From Chrysemys picta bellii (taxonomy: Eukaryota), in contig NC_088799.1 of NCBI RefSeq assembly GCF_011386835.1, positions 99,076,001 through 99,140,000 of the forward strand: DNA of 64,000 bases. Direction: 5' to 3'. How positions within the stretch are numbered: the first letter of the stretch is position 1; each line of letters opens with the position of its first letter. Positions 25,112 to 37,421 of the stretch are shown one piece after another. The notes beneath the pieces are model-generated. The model was not told the origin of the DNA. It saw only the letters and a program-made list of their open reading frames with translations, and ran no database searches. Made by a program: the position numbers and the translations under genes.

Positions 25112-26039
25112 GAATGTACAAAAGTAAAATTCTTCAGTAGAAGTCTATAATATGTTCTTTATTTTCCGAAAGCCACACATTTCATAAAGCAGTCATCTTG
25201 CTTAATCTCGCAATCTTTGTGAAATGTGATAATACCACGAACAGACAGGAGTAGTATGAAAAGCAACTGGTACAAAGAGATATCATTCATATTTCTAGTA
25301 GCAGGTTAGGTGCATTGGAATCTGTTTTTCATGATTACTTGGTACAGAAAACTGTTGCAGCTGCTGATCATGCAGAGATAATATTATATTTATATAGCTG
25401 TGGGGTTTCAAAAGGATTTTCCTTTTCGCAAGAAGAAGCCAAACCAGATCCGATGACTAAAATATAAGTCACGTTCTGGGTCCTATCCTGCTCTCACTGG
25501 AGTCAATGGCAAAATCTGAAGGACTGTATAAATGCAATTTTTACTCCTCTTGGTGAACATTTACTCATGTAAATAGCCCTACTGAAGTCAATGGGACTAT
25601 TCAGGTAGGTTAATATTTACCAATAGAGGGGTCGCTCTAAATGGTAGCAGGAATGGGCTCATTATACCCCCTTCTGTTTTTTTGTTTTACATATTAACTC
25701 TATTTAGTTTTTATTTCTGTAAAGTAAAAAAAAAACCTAAAAAAAAAAAAGGCAGGTAATGTTGGTTTCACTTACCTAGATTAAAAAAAAAAAAAAATTT
25801 GCACTGCCAGTCATCCTTTTTGCCTACATACTGTTAAAAAAATGGTTAAATCCTGCCCTCTATTACTCTTTCCTTATCAGAGCGTGGACAAAAACAATAT
25901 TTAAAAAAATATTTAAACAACATTTTATTTTAAAAAAATATAATTGTAAAGTTTTTAAATTGAAATGCAAATTTTATTCATCTGTTAGAAAGGCTACACT
26001 CAATCATCATTGCAGTAGAGTTTATTGCATGTAAACCAC

Positions 26040-26160
26040 AGCTTGGCTGATAGAGGGAAATAAAAGGTAATTTAGGTTGGAAAGTATCCACTAGGGGGAG
26101 CTGTGTAGTTGGGTGCCACAAGGTCCAATTTTATTAAACATCTTCAACTTGAATGGTCCT
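26040..26160 (+). mobile_element. CR1 RT fragment, highly degraded
   Basis: ggttggaaag...gggtgccacaaggtccaattttattaaacatcttca resembles the W..V.SGVPQGSVLGP.LFNIF coding stretch. Confidence 0.45.
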
Positions 26161-26189
26161 GTAGAATATGTGCTAACTACTTAAGCTAA

Positions 26190-26335
26190 ACTATCTATTC
26201 AATCTTGTATTTAGCAGTGACACTCTGAGTACCTTTCCCAGATGTGAAGAAGAGCTCTGTGTAGCTCGAAAGCTTGTCTCTCTCACCAACAGAAGTTGGC
26301 CCAATAAAAGATATAACTTCACCCACTTTGTATCT
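26190..26335 (+). mobile_element. Solo pLTR of a second Penelope-like family
   Basis: gtgacactctgagtacctttcccaga...gaaagcttgtctctctcaccaacagaagttggcccaataaaagat; related pieces at 46237-46297 and ~49355-49470. Confidence 0.7.
26240..26279 (+). ncRNA. Degenerate minimal hammerhead motif (PLE family 2)
   Basis: Stem I agat/gtct; core GTGAAGA (C3>G) plus A; stem II gagc/gctc; GAA; AGCT; T. Confidence 0.6.
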
Positions 26336-29300
26336 TCAAAAGAGAGATATTGAGGCCTGATGCCACATAATTTTGTCAAAAGTACAGCAAGATCCAAAAA
26401 ACAAACAAAGAAGACTTAAAACAGGGTTGGAATGTCTGTTTGACACTCGGGAGTAGGTGATTTGTTGGGAATTTTAACCCATTCTTCCTGCCGCTTCGAA
26501 TTTAAGCTTTCATCTAAAAAAGTCTAACCCTTGCATTCTCAGAGATAATTTTCCAAATGTGAACTAGTGCAAAGTTGCCTTGCTGAATCTGAAGGCTGAC
26601 AGCTCTAGCGCCTCTGCTGTCCCCTGCAGAAGCAACAGGAAATTCACAACACTGGTCAATTTCACATGTGTCCGAAGAGCAGCACTGCAATTGAGGAGAA
26701 TCATCTCAATGTCGTCCTGCTCTTGCTAGGGCAAACTCTGAACCGCAGCCGAGGATATTAAGAGCTCCATGGAAAGAGCAACACATGAGAAGCAACTTGC
26801 AATGCTTGAGAACAAGGTCTGTTGGTCCTATAAAGCCTGTTAACTATCCTGCATATTCGTATGCACCATCTACCATATCCTACCTATGAACTATTAATAT
26901 CATGAAAATGTATATGAAATGTATTGAGCACTCCTGTAATAGAGACACTGTTACTATTTGTTGGTGAGAAGGACCCCAAACCCTGAGGCTGTAGGAGCTG
27001 TTCAGTACAAGGGATGCTCCCTTCTCTTCCCCCTCTCACCCCCAGTACCTGAGATCTGCGGTGAGAGAGAATTCCTCCCTTCCAGCAGCCAGTGCGCCAA
27101 ATTCATCAGACACCTGGCAAGCCAGAAGCTGGTATGAAAACAGCTTTGTGTGGATGTACCCTTTAGAGGTCAGACATCTCTCTGTGGCTCTCCTGGGGTA
27201 TGATCCTAGACCCACGGAAGTCAATGGAGCTGCTGGTTGCTCAGCATCTTGAAAAATCAGCTCACTTATTTAGATATCTAAATATGGTCTTAAAAGCCTA
27301 ACTTTAGCACCCATTTGTGAAAATTTTGGAAATATATTCTAGCAGAAGTCCTAAAATTAATTTTTAGTCCATGTCTACCCAGATGTCTGAACAACTTGGA
27401 AATGTAAATAAAACTGAACCTCTCAACCCCAAAGCAAAGGAATTATAAGACTGTATTAGCCCTTGCTATCATATCAAAGCCATCTAAAGCCCTCGATTCT
27501 AGCTCCCTAAGTCACCAGTGGAAACGAGTGCATGAAAATGGAGCTGCCAGTTAGCAACAAATTGAACTAGAGATATGGTTAAACTAGAGTGCGTTCACAC
27601 CACCCCCTTCCTTGTGAGAGACTAAAACTGGGGGTCAGAAAAAATGAGATTCAAATCCATAGGGAAGCATAAAATGAAAGTCCCTATTTCCCCTCCCCCC
27701 CCCATTTACATTGATTTTAAATTATTTAACATACTAAATTTGAGTGAGTCAACCTAATTTCCAATAGTCTTAGTAAACAATGTTATACTATTAACAGGAA
27801 AAATTAAAGAATTCAATAAATGACAGACATGTGTCTGGATAAAGAGACTAATTGCCTACAACAACATTTGCACACTACCTTGTTTTATTTCTTTTCTTTT
27901 GGAGCTGATGTAACCTTTCAAGAGCTGAAAGATTTAGAAAGCCACACAACATTTCAGTGGGTTTTCTATTAGTATACCCCATGCAGAGAAAACTGGCAAT
28001 TATCACCTTAATGGAATCTGGTATGCCTGTGTTACATTCCCTTTGACCTGCAATGTAGGTCAGAAGATGTCACTTTCTGGAGTACTCTGGGGCCTTTGTG
28101 TCGTCAGAGTTTACAATACTGCCTTGTGGTTTGCAGAATGCACAGGAGTCTTTTAACTACAATTGGGTTATTTCAGCTGCTCTAAATGGGACAGCCGAAC
28201 TCTGTTCTCAGTTACATCTCTACAGAATTGCAGGGGTGGATCTCAGGGCAGGATTAGCCCTGTTGTCTCCAGTGCTAGTTCCCATGATTCAACATTGTCA
28301 CACAGCCTCACTAAGGGCCAAACCCTGATCCCATTCAAGACAATGTTTTTCTTGACTCCATACCATCCGGGAATACTTGGAAACCAATCATCACAATTTA
28401 TGGCCCAGCTCTGCAACAATCACCTGAGAGTCATCCTCATTCATAAACACTGAAATCAACCAAATAATTCTATTGAAGCCAACGAGACTATTCATGTCCA
28501 TCAGCACCCATAACCCTACACTGTCTGTAAGGCTCACCTGTTCTCCCTGGTCTGTAAGGAGGCGGGTGTTGAGTCTGGCAGGGTGAGATTCCAGAGGGAT
28601 TGCGTGAGGAGGTTGATTAAATTTTGTTATGTCAGTGTTGTTACTTGGTTGTTTGATTTGATCAGGGGCACTAGATGGGTCTGCTTATTTTGGTCTATAG
28701 TTAAAAGGCACCCAGAGCATTGTATGGACACTCTTATTATAGCTTAGTAAAAAAATTCAATAAAGCAATTAATAATAGGTAAGCCGAAGAATCAGGCCAT
28801 AGTCCCTTTAAAATAACAACATCCGAAGCAATTAGTTGATTTACACAGCACTGGTTTGCAAAGGTGCAAAAAACACAAAGGTAACAAAACTGAGCAGAAA
28901 AGAACAACTTTGGGGGGGAGGTTTTTTGGGGGGTGAACCAGCCCTTGGAGTATAAATGACACTAAGCTGTGGGGGTGGGGTTGTTTTTCATTTTAGCCAC
29001 ATACTGCAAGACTTGCCTCGTTAAGTCTCTAAAACTGTTTTTAATATTTTCCTTGCTTAGATTGTAACTTGACCCAGGCTTTAGATTCATGTTTTGTTCA
29101 TGTAAACCTTTTATGCTGGATGACTTTACTTGTCTTCCTCACCCCAGAAAGTCAGAAGGGAAACATTTTTAAAAGCTGTGGCATTACTCAAGCTGTGAGG
29201 TGGGAGACTCGAGAGCAGCAACATCTTAAAACATTCTGCACAGGGGCAAGCAAAAAGTCAATAAGGAAATACCATAGTTAGGCTCTTTGTAACTCGCTGA

Positions 29301-30328
29301 AAGTGTGAGACAGCAGTTCATTTCCTGATCAGTCATGTGGAAATGGTAAAAAATAATTAAGAGCAATGACTAATCACCAAATCAAAGCAAATATTAAATA
29401 AGCAAACTCTATTGTCAAGTTTTGTGTGCAAATAAGCAAAGGCATTCACGTTTAGCCCTTAAACCAATTAAAAAAGGTAAGTTTAAAAGAAAAAAACTAT
29501 TCAGTTTGTGGCTACATCATGTTGGAACATCAGTTACACAAGCTATTGGAATGGCTGGAGCCCAACCATGTGGTTAAAATTGGAATAAAACACAAGGAAT
29601 CACTTTAAAGTCAGAAATAAATACTATACCGAAAGAAAGAGAATGTCTATAGTAAAAGCAAACTCTCCCTCCAAGCTCATATCCTATCCCAATTATAGTT
29701 CAGTGTTCCTCCAGAGCTGAAAGTTTGTAATGACAATAATTGAAGATTGAATCTCATATGATCCAGATGAGACTCTGACTATGCAGCTAAAATTTTTACT
29801 ACATTTCCTGTCCACCATTCGCACCTTTATAGATTTTTAGGGCTACCAAGAGGGTTCTTAAACCTACAGATGATGAAAATATTTCACTCCCTCCTGGCAA
29901 ATGAGGTGTGCAGTACATCTGGGAAGAGGCATCCACACTGCTAGTATAAAGCTGTTGGCCATAAAACCGAGGTATTAAAAATTGATGTCATTTGGTAGCA
30001 TTAAATAAAATGCAAGTTGCCTGAGCAAATTAGATTACTGGGACAAGATGCACCAAAGCAAGTTAAACTCTGATCAAAGTCCCTTCCCTGCTGCCCTCCC
30101 CCTAGTTCCCCACTTTTTTTTCTGCTCAAACGTTTGTTTACCACGCTCAGCTCTAGCTTCACATCTTCTGCATTTAGTAACCCCTGTGCTCCTACTGTAC
30201 TCCATCACCATTCCAAATGTTCCTGATTTCATCTTCCACGGGGCCAGCACACACTAAGGCCCAGATCCTGCATGTGCTTAACTTCATGCACTATGAATAA
30301 TCCCCTTGAAGCCTGTCCATCTATCTTA

Positions 30329-30623
30329 GGGTATGTCTACACTGCCCGCCACATCGGTGGGCAGCGATCGATCCAGCGGGGATCGATTTATCGCGTCTAG
30401 TCTACACGTGATAAATCGACCCCCGAGCGTTCTCCCATCAACTCCTATACTCCAGCGCTGCGAGAGGCGCAGGCAGAGTCAACGGTGGAGCGGCAGCAGT
30501 CGACTCACTGTGGTGAAGACACGACGGTAAGTCGATCTAAGTACGTCGACTTCAGGTACGTTATTCACGTACTCATAACTTAGATCGATTCTCGCCCTCC
30601 CACCCCCCAGTGTAGATCAGGGC
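30329..30623. mobile_element. PIF/Harbinger-type MITE
   Basis: Ends gggtatgtctacact / agtgtagatcagggc; TTA/TGA flanks; internal hairpins (gatcgatttatcgcg...gtgataaatcga). Confidence 0.8.
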
Positions 30624-30664
30624 TGAGTGACGTAGCTGGGTCGATCACATTTTTAACTGTAGAC

Positions 30665-30785
30665 CAGGCCTAAGAGATTTGCCCAAGGTCCACACACAGT
30701 CTGTGGCAGAGCAGGGGACTGAACCTGAGTCTGTCAGTTTCAAGCTAGTGCCCTAACCACTGGACTATCCTTCCTCTCTGGGGCA
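30665..30785 (-). mobile_element. MIR/CORE-SINE-like fragment
   Basis: gatttgcccaaggtccacacacagtctgtggcagagc...ccctaaccactggactatcc. Confidence 0.55.
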
Positions 30786-33478
30786 GTCTTGGTAGGATGG
30801 AGGGTCATGGCTGAGGAATGCCAGCAGCAATCATATTCAGACACGGATGCTGCTGCCACAGCTCTAGTAACTTTTCCCTAGATGGCATAGACAGGATGCT
30901 TTTTCTGAGAACTGAGCTCAACGTCTATGTTTCATATACACAACTTGCTGGCCAATCAAAGGCCCAATCCAACTGCCATTGAAGTTAATGTGAGTCTAGC
31001 CTTTGAAATCAATGGGAATTGGATCAGGCTGTAAATTTCTAACACATTTATAACATGGGCCTGTGGGGAACTAAAACCTCCCCACCATGCTGATCAGGAA
31101 AGCAATGCTGTGTGGGGGACCTAAAATAACAATAGCTCCCTCTGAGCTTAAATCAAAAACTTTCCCCCAGATTTCCATTTCCTGAGTTATATAACATAGA
31201 AACATAAAAGCATGGTGACACTTTTAAATGCGACAATTTTTTTCCGTTAAAAAATTCCAATTTTCCCCCAGTTAAAGTCACCATTTTCCAGCTAACTCTA
31301 CTTAAATGGAGTTTGGTTCCTGTGGAATAGCACCAAAATATGTATTTACTAGAGAGTAGTCAGCCTGCAAGGTTTTCTGCCATTATTGTACTCTTCTAGA
31401 AATAGACAGAAATTGTTCATTACTGGACTAAAATATTACTAGTGCTTGCCAGTAAGGGAAGGCATTTTTACTAGTTACCATGAGTTTGAACCTCCACTGT
31501 CAGAAAGCTGGTTACAGACCCCCGATTCTCAGCTGCCCAATCCTGGCATAAGTCAAAGTAAACTTGGTGGATCAGAGAATCCATCCCTTCATTGCTGAAC
31601 ATGACTCAGGCATAATTTTGGTGTTTATTGACGCTAACTATAGTTTATGATCTCTACACCGGTAATACTGAATAGCAGCTGTTGTACTACTTTTTCTAGA
31701 GATGCTGGGCCAAATTTACCCTGGGATTGAAGTACACATCACAGCCTTGACTTCAATAGATTTGCAGCTGTGGTGTAAATGGGGGAATTCAGTCCCTTGC
31801 TTTTCACTAATAGTGTTGTACATACACACTGACCCCTACGTGACCAGGTAAATATGGTATTTGGTTTCTAGGGAACACTTGCTTATCCCAGATAAATAAG
31901 CTGTTCCTGTGTGCAGAGCATCAAACAAGAACGACCCCACATAGCAGCTCAGAACCGGGGGCGGAAGCAGCGATGTAAGGACTTTGTCAGTGGGGTCAGC
32001 GGAAGGGACGTGAAATAAGCAAGAGTGATGGACTCTAATTTGGAAAGTACCTTTGCTGATAGGATCTGTGCCTCAGAGTAATGCTAAGATATTGAGCTAC
32101 ACTCATCCCTAGTGTCAATCCACTGGACTTCATCGGGGATTGATTTTGCCCAGTAGCAGTTAAAAGCTCAACACACCATTTGACTCATGGGAATCACATG
32201 ACAAACCGCTGCTAGTGACTGCTTTGAAAAATGAGCCGTAAGAAAGGGGGGGGGAGGGGTATGGAGCAAGTCACAATCAGGAGCTTTGCCCATGGAATCA
32301 AAGAAAAGTTCACGCTCAGATATTTCCAAGCAGTGTTAGTCTTTTTCACCAGCAGCGACTGCCCAAGAAGTCAGCCATATGGTTGCTTTTACATTGATCC
32401 AAAAAGTATACACTGGGCCATTTGTAGCACCAACCACTGAAGCAGCAGTCAAGGCAAGGATGGTAGGACACCTGGGGACAGCAGTGTTGAGATAACACTT
32501 GGAAGAGAAACACCAGCTTCAGTGGCAATAAGCTTAAAAAAACAAAGAGCTACTCGGGTGGCCAGGAGAGAAAGGCACTGAGAAGAAATAGACCAACTGC
32601 TACTGATTTGTAGAGAACTGTCTAACCCTCCCCCATAATCCTCTAGCCTCACATGGGTAGTAAAATGTCTAATGGGAGGGAAAGTTCTGAAATGCAAAAG
32701 AGCAACACCAGAGTCTTCTGACAGGACAGCACTAATGACTAGTCCAAGACACGTGCTATTTTGTGGAATAACAGCGATGTAAAGCTAAGTGAATCACCCG
32801 TGTGCACAGGCTTGGAATTAACCTGGCAGAGGCAAACTGCGTTTGCCATTTAACATCATTTCCAATTCCAGCAAAGGGTTCATAAAAATCCGGGGCTGCA
32901 GGAGAACCCCATGAAGGTGTTCCTTCATGCATGCTCTGTGCAAAAACACTCCTCCTCAACTTGATGAAGTCATGCATAAAAATGTAAGAATTGAAGCACA
33001 AAGGGAGTCTCTCCTGATGACATATTAAGCGGACGCCCCTCTTTTCCAGTCTGGAATGTTCTTTTTCAGTCTTGGGGGGAAGTTAAAGATCTATAGTATT
33101 TTTTTAAAGTACAGAATTATCCCAGAGTCCTGGCCAACATGCTCTCTATGAAAAGAATTTGAAAGTTATAATCCATGGCTGTATATAGATTACATGTTAA
33201 TCTTATAACACATTGCTCAGTGTCCAGTCTGCCTGCCCTACCCAACTCCTCCAGACCAAAAAGCACCAGGAAAGATGCAGGGGACCCAACTAACATGCAG
33301 GTATGAGTCCAGAGAGAATGAGCTACACTATGCAGATCATGGTGGAATAAAGTCCACCTAAAAAAAGTTGGAGAAAAGACTTCACTACAAGGTGAGTTAT
33401 GGAAAAGTTCTACCTGCGGTCCTAGAACCTGAGAGAGAGAAGTGGAGTGCACTGTTCACATTAAGGAGTGGATACTTA

Positions 33479-33550
33479 GAGTGAAAACCTGGCCCTATTG
33501 AAGTCAGTGGGAGTTTTCCCGTTGACTTCAGTGGGGCCACGATTTCACCC
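33479..33550. mobile_element. Palindromic Chompy-like MITE
   Basis: gagtgaaaacctggccctattgaagtca...ttgacttcagtggggccacgatttcaccc folds back on itself. Confidence 0.6.
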
Positions 33551-33699
33551 CTGGTATTTATCAGCCTCACAGAGGCTGATACCTTCTCTTAAATATCAGG
33601 ACCAAGAGGCATGACCTGTGTGAAGGTTAAGGGCTGATGAATCAGGTTGTCCTTGCGACTGCTTAAAATGGAATATGGAAAGAATTGTGTTGTTTCTTT

Positions 33700-33993
33700 G
33701 TGAACGTCTTTACTTACCTCCGGGTTCGGCAGTAAGCAATCGATCTTCTGGGATCAATTTATCGCATCTTGTCTAGACACGATAAATCGATCCCGGAAGT
33801 GCTCGCCGTCGACGCCGGTACTCCTGCTCCGCGAGAGGAGTACGTGGAGTCAACGGGGGAGCCTGCCTGCCGCGTGTGGACACGTGGTAAGTACCTTGTA
33901 GTTCGAACTAAGGTACTTTGACTTCAGCTACATTATTCACATAGCTGAAGTTGCGTATCTTAGTTCGAACTGGGGGGTTAGTGTGGACCAGCC
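33700..33993. mobile_element. PIF/Harbinger-type MITE (related to 30329 and 42562)
   Basis: Same module order (atcgat/ttatcgc hairpin, gtcgac, gacttcagctac...gtagctgaagt) and end agtgtggaccagcc. Confidence 0.75.
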
Positions 33994-34093
33994 TTTTGTT
34001 TTACAATTTTTGTGAGGTGTCACCATAGTTGCTAGATTAGGAATGAATTTCCCATAGTAATTCAGCAATCCCAAATCTGACTATGTTTGCCTT

Positions 34094-34371
34094 ATAGAGT
34101 CATAGATTCTAGGACTGGAAGGGACCTTGAGAGGTCATTGAGTCCAGTCTGCTGCCCGCATGGCAGGGATTTTTTTAAAATTAATGGAGATATCCTACCT
34201 CCCTAGAACTGGAAGTGACCTTGAAAGGTCATCAAGTCCAGCCCCCTGCCTTCACTAGCAGGACCAAATACTGATTTTGCCCCAGATCCCTAAGTGGCCT
34301 CCTCAAGGATTGAACTCACAACCCTGGGTTTAGCAGGCCAATGTTCAAACCACTGAGCTATCCCTCCCCCC
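34094..34371 (-). mobile_element. Tortoise Pol III/SINE (Cry-type, tRNA-derived head, CR1-derived tail)
   Basis: Minus strand: GGGAGGGATAGCTCAGTGG (A box), GAGTTCAATCC (B box), then CR1-like tail ggactngatgacct..aaggtcccttccag and terminal tctatga repeats. Confidence 0.9.
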
Positions 34372-35160
34372 TTACATCAGAAGGCACAGGTGTTTTAAAC
34401 ACAGCTTTTAGCCTTTCCAGTATGGTATAGATTTGCATGGTGTCAAACGGTGCCACAAATATTCTAATGATGCCTTTAGAAATTCAGGTTTGTTTTTCTT
34501 CACACAGAGGCCAGTGCAGATCTGCAGGCTATACGCCACCTGAAAACTGCTACACATCAGTCAATCTACTGCCGAGCAGAGTGAAGTTTACCCACAAGTT
34601 TCTGGGCACTGGATTCTTTACATCAGGTGTTTTTCTATTAAGATACAGACTATGCAAATCCCAAGCCTTGCACACTGCTTAAAAGTGCAGATCAATGTCC
34701 TTTGGGTATGATAACTCTGACAGTGAAAAAATATTAGGGATGGTACATGCAGATGTTTGGAGACGATGCGAACTCCAACAAAAACAAAACAAAAACAAAA
34801 ACCAATTAAATGTAGGGAGAACATAATGTTCCAAGACTTCAGTTCAAGTAGGACATTTGCTGGAACGTCCTGCATTTTACTGCACACTTGAGAAACTTTC
34901 TGCAACAACAGCAACAGAAGCTGTACATGCCTGTCTTACCAGGCACAAGACTAGAAAGTTAGATATTATCACAAACTCCTCCCCCTGGAAAATATATTTC
35001 CAGTATGAACTGGGCAGACTAGAACTGAAAAACTAGATCTGAATACTTCTAAACTTTAGGGTAGTTTAGACCTACATCCACATTTTGTAGCTTGGGTCAC
35101 TTATAACTGCTGACTCCAAATGCCAATTTTGTTAATATTCTTCAGTCTTCTGAACTGACA

Positions 35161-36092
35161 TGTAGTGGGTTAGTGGTGGTTCCTCCCCCTCTGACTCAGT
35201 GGGAGGCCACTCTGTCTCACTACATCAGTGGGCAGGGAATTAGCAAAGTCTGGCATGAAGATCTGGGGCCCCGGTGGCAGGGTGGAGCAGACTCATGGTC
35301 TTAAGGGGCTCCAGCTTTCAGGCCGGGCAGGCTACAAGCAGTCTGTGTACTCAGGCCCTAGGCAGGACAAGGCACCAAACAGTCTAAGAGCTCAGCCCTC
35401 AGACAGGGCAGAGAAGTGAAGGTTTAGGGCTCAGGCCCTGCGGCAGGGCAGAGCACCAAACAGTCTAGGAAGCTCAGTCTTCAGGCAGGGCAGAGCAGTG
35501 GATAGTCTAATGTCCTAGCTCTAGTGGAGGGTAGGCTAACACAGGCCTCCTGGCCTACAGCGGGGAGGCTGCCACCCCTGGAGTGAGGTGGCAGGGGGAC
35601 CCGGGCCCACCCAACTCCACCAGGTCTCAGCCCAGGGACCTAATAGTGGTAAAGTGTTTCTGCCACTGAGTCAGTGGGGAATCCAGCTGCAACACACTTA
35701 CTGGGTCTCCAGCAACAATGCAGTCAGACTGGAATTGGCTATCCCTGGGCCACTTCCTACCCTCGGCCCTTGGGGTATACCTGGATCCGTGGGTGTCCTC
35801 TGTCTCCTCAGAGTAGGTAGCTAGCAGCAGTCCCAGTGACTCCTCAGTGTCTCGGTCAGCCTCCGGCAGCCCTCAGTTCAGCGAGGCTCCCCTCCTCGCT
35901 CGGGAGCGGGCAGAAAGCGTCTGTCTCTTCCAGTGGCTGCAGCCCAATTGAGCTCCAGGACCTGCCCTTTATACTTCCTGTCCTGCCCCCTAACTTCCAG
36001 GGTAGGTGGGCACGGCCTGGCTCCGCCCACCTAAGTTCAGAGAGTGGTTCGTTCCCCTCCAACTCTGTGGGAGGCCATTCCACCCCAATACA
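35161..36092. mobile_element. Solo LTR
   Basis: tgtagtggg...ccccaataca (TG..CA); flanks tgaca/tggca (4/5); internal repeats of caggcagggcagagcaccaaacagtct. Confidence 0.65.
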
Positions 36093-37297
36093 TGGCACTA
36101 GTAGTCAGCCAAGAGAATGGTGAGAGAATTTGATTTTTAGGCTGCAACTTCTCTGGCACCTGCCACTGTTGTTGAAAATGTCAATAGTTTTCATTTGAGA
36201 CTGAAAGTGAAGATGCAAATACTCTTATCATAGGATCATCCTTCCAACAAGTTAGCAAAGTCAAGAATAAGTTACATGTCTGAAAAGGAAGAATATACTC
36301 CACACAGTAAGAAGAGTTCATACTTCCCATATAATGGGCAGATTTAGTATACTTAAATCATTCCTTGAAGATATACCAATTTCTGGAAGAATGTTCCTAT
36401 TAATGTTGGGTTAATGGCTTCAGTTTAAATCCAGACAGATACATGTTTTTAGATTGCCCAATTCCTCTGCACAAGCAAGCCTGGACATTTCAAGTTTTAT
36501 AAGTGAACCACAAAAATAATCTCACTATTTCACCATATCCCTGTTTCACCTCTAGTACACTAGTGCATCTTCATTTTTCTGAATACTAAAAATCCTATAG
36601 AACTCAAGGTGTATGGAACTATTCACCCATCAATAATTGTGAACCTGTTTCTAGTAGGCCTTCTAATGGGCCAACATACTAGTCTTCAATTGGATGACTA
36701 TGTAGGATGTGGAGTGAAATGTCTCTCAAAAGGGGAATAAGGACCTAAGAAAGTTGATAAAAATAACATTTAGTTCTTCAGGATTACAAGTCCTGAACTT
36801 CATGTCTTTTTCTATATGCAAGTGGGCAGAACTGCAGTTGTTTGGATTCAAATTTCAGAAGTTTGCAGGAGCACAATGGTTTGCTAAGGTTGATCAAATC
36901 TCCAGGCTCAGCTATCATGAAGGCCATCTAACTTATTTTTGCCAAATGCAAATCAGTACTGCTAAACTTTCCATATTAATTGTCCCGCTGCTCTAGGATA
37001 AAAAAAAATCATTTTTCACAACATTTTCCATGATTTTTTTTCCAAAATGTTATTGACATCGTTTTTGAAAATGTTATGAAATATTTTCACCTACTGAAAA
37101 CTGCATTTTCTTATTGAAACCAGGTTTTCAGTTAACCACGTGTTTTGAAAATGATGCTGATAATTTTAATTAAAAAATATTTTTGGGGGGTAAAATGTGG
37201 GAAATGGGTTCATTTCAAACCCAGTGAAACAGAAAGAAACTCACATAACATCAACATTTTCCCAATTTTTTGACCAGCGGTAGCTGAAGGCGGAAAA

Positions 37298-37421
37298 TAG
37301 GGTGACCAGATGTCCCGATTTTATAGGGACAGACCAGATTTGGGGGTCTTTTTCTTATATAGGCTCCTATTACTCCCCACACCCTGTCCCGATTTTTCAC
37401 ATTTGCTGTCTGGTCACCCTA
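37298..37421. mobile_element. hAT (Blackjack, MER81-like) MITE, 124 bp
   Basis: Perfect TIR tagggtgaccaga / tctggtcacccta; flanks gcggaaaa / acggaaag (6/8). Confidence 0.9.

Noticed and set aside
34300-34371. tRNA-like sequence with A and B boxes
   Set aside because: It is a SINE head that continues into a CR1-type tail; no complete cloverleaf or acceptor stem.
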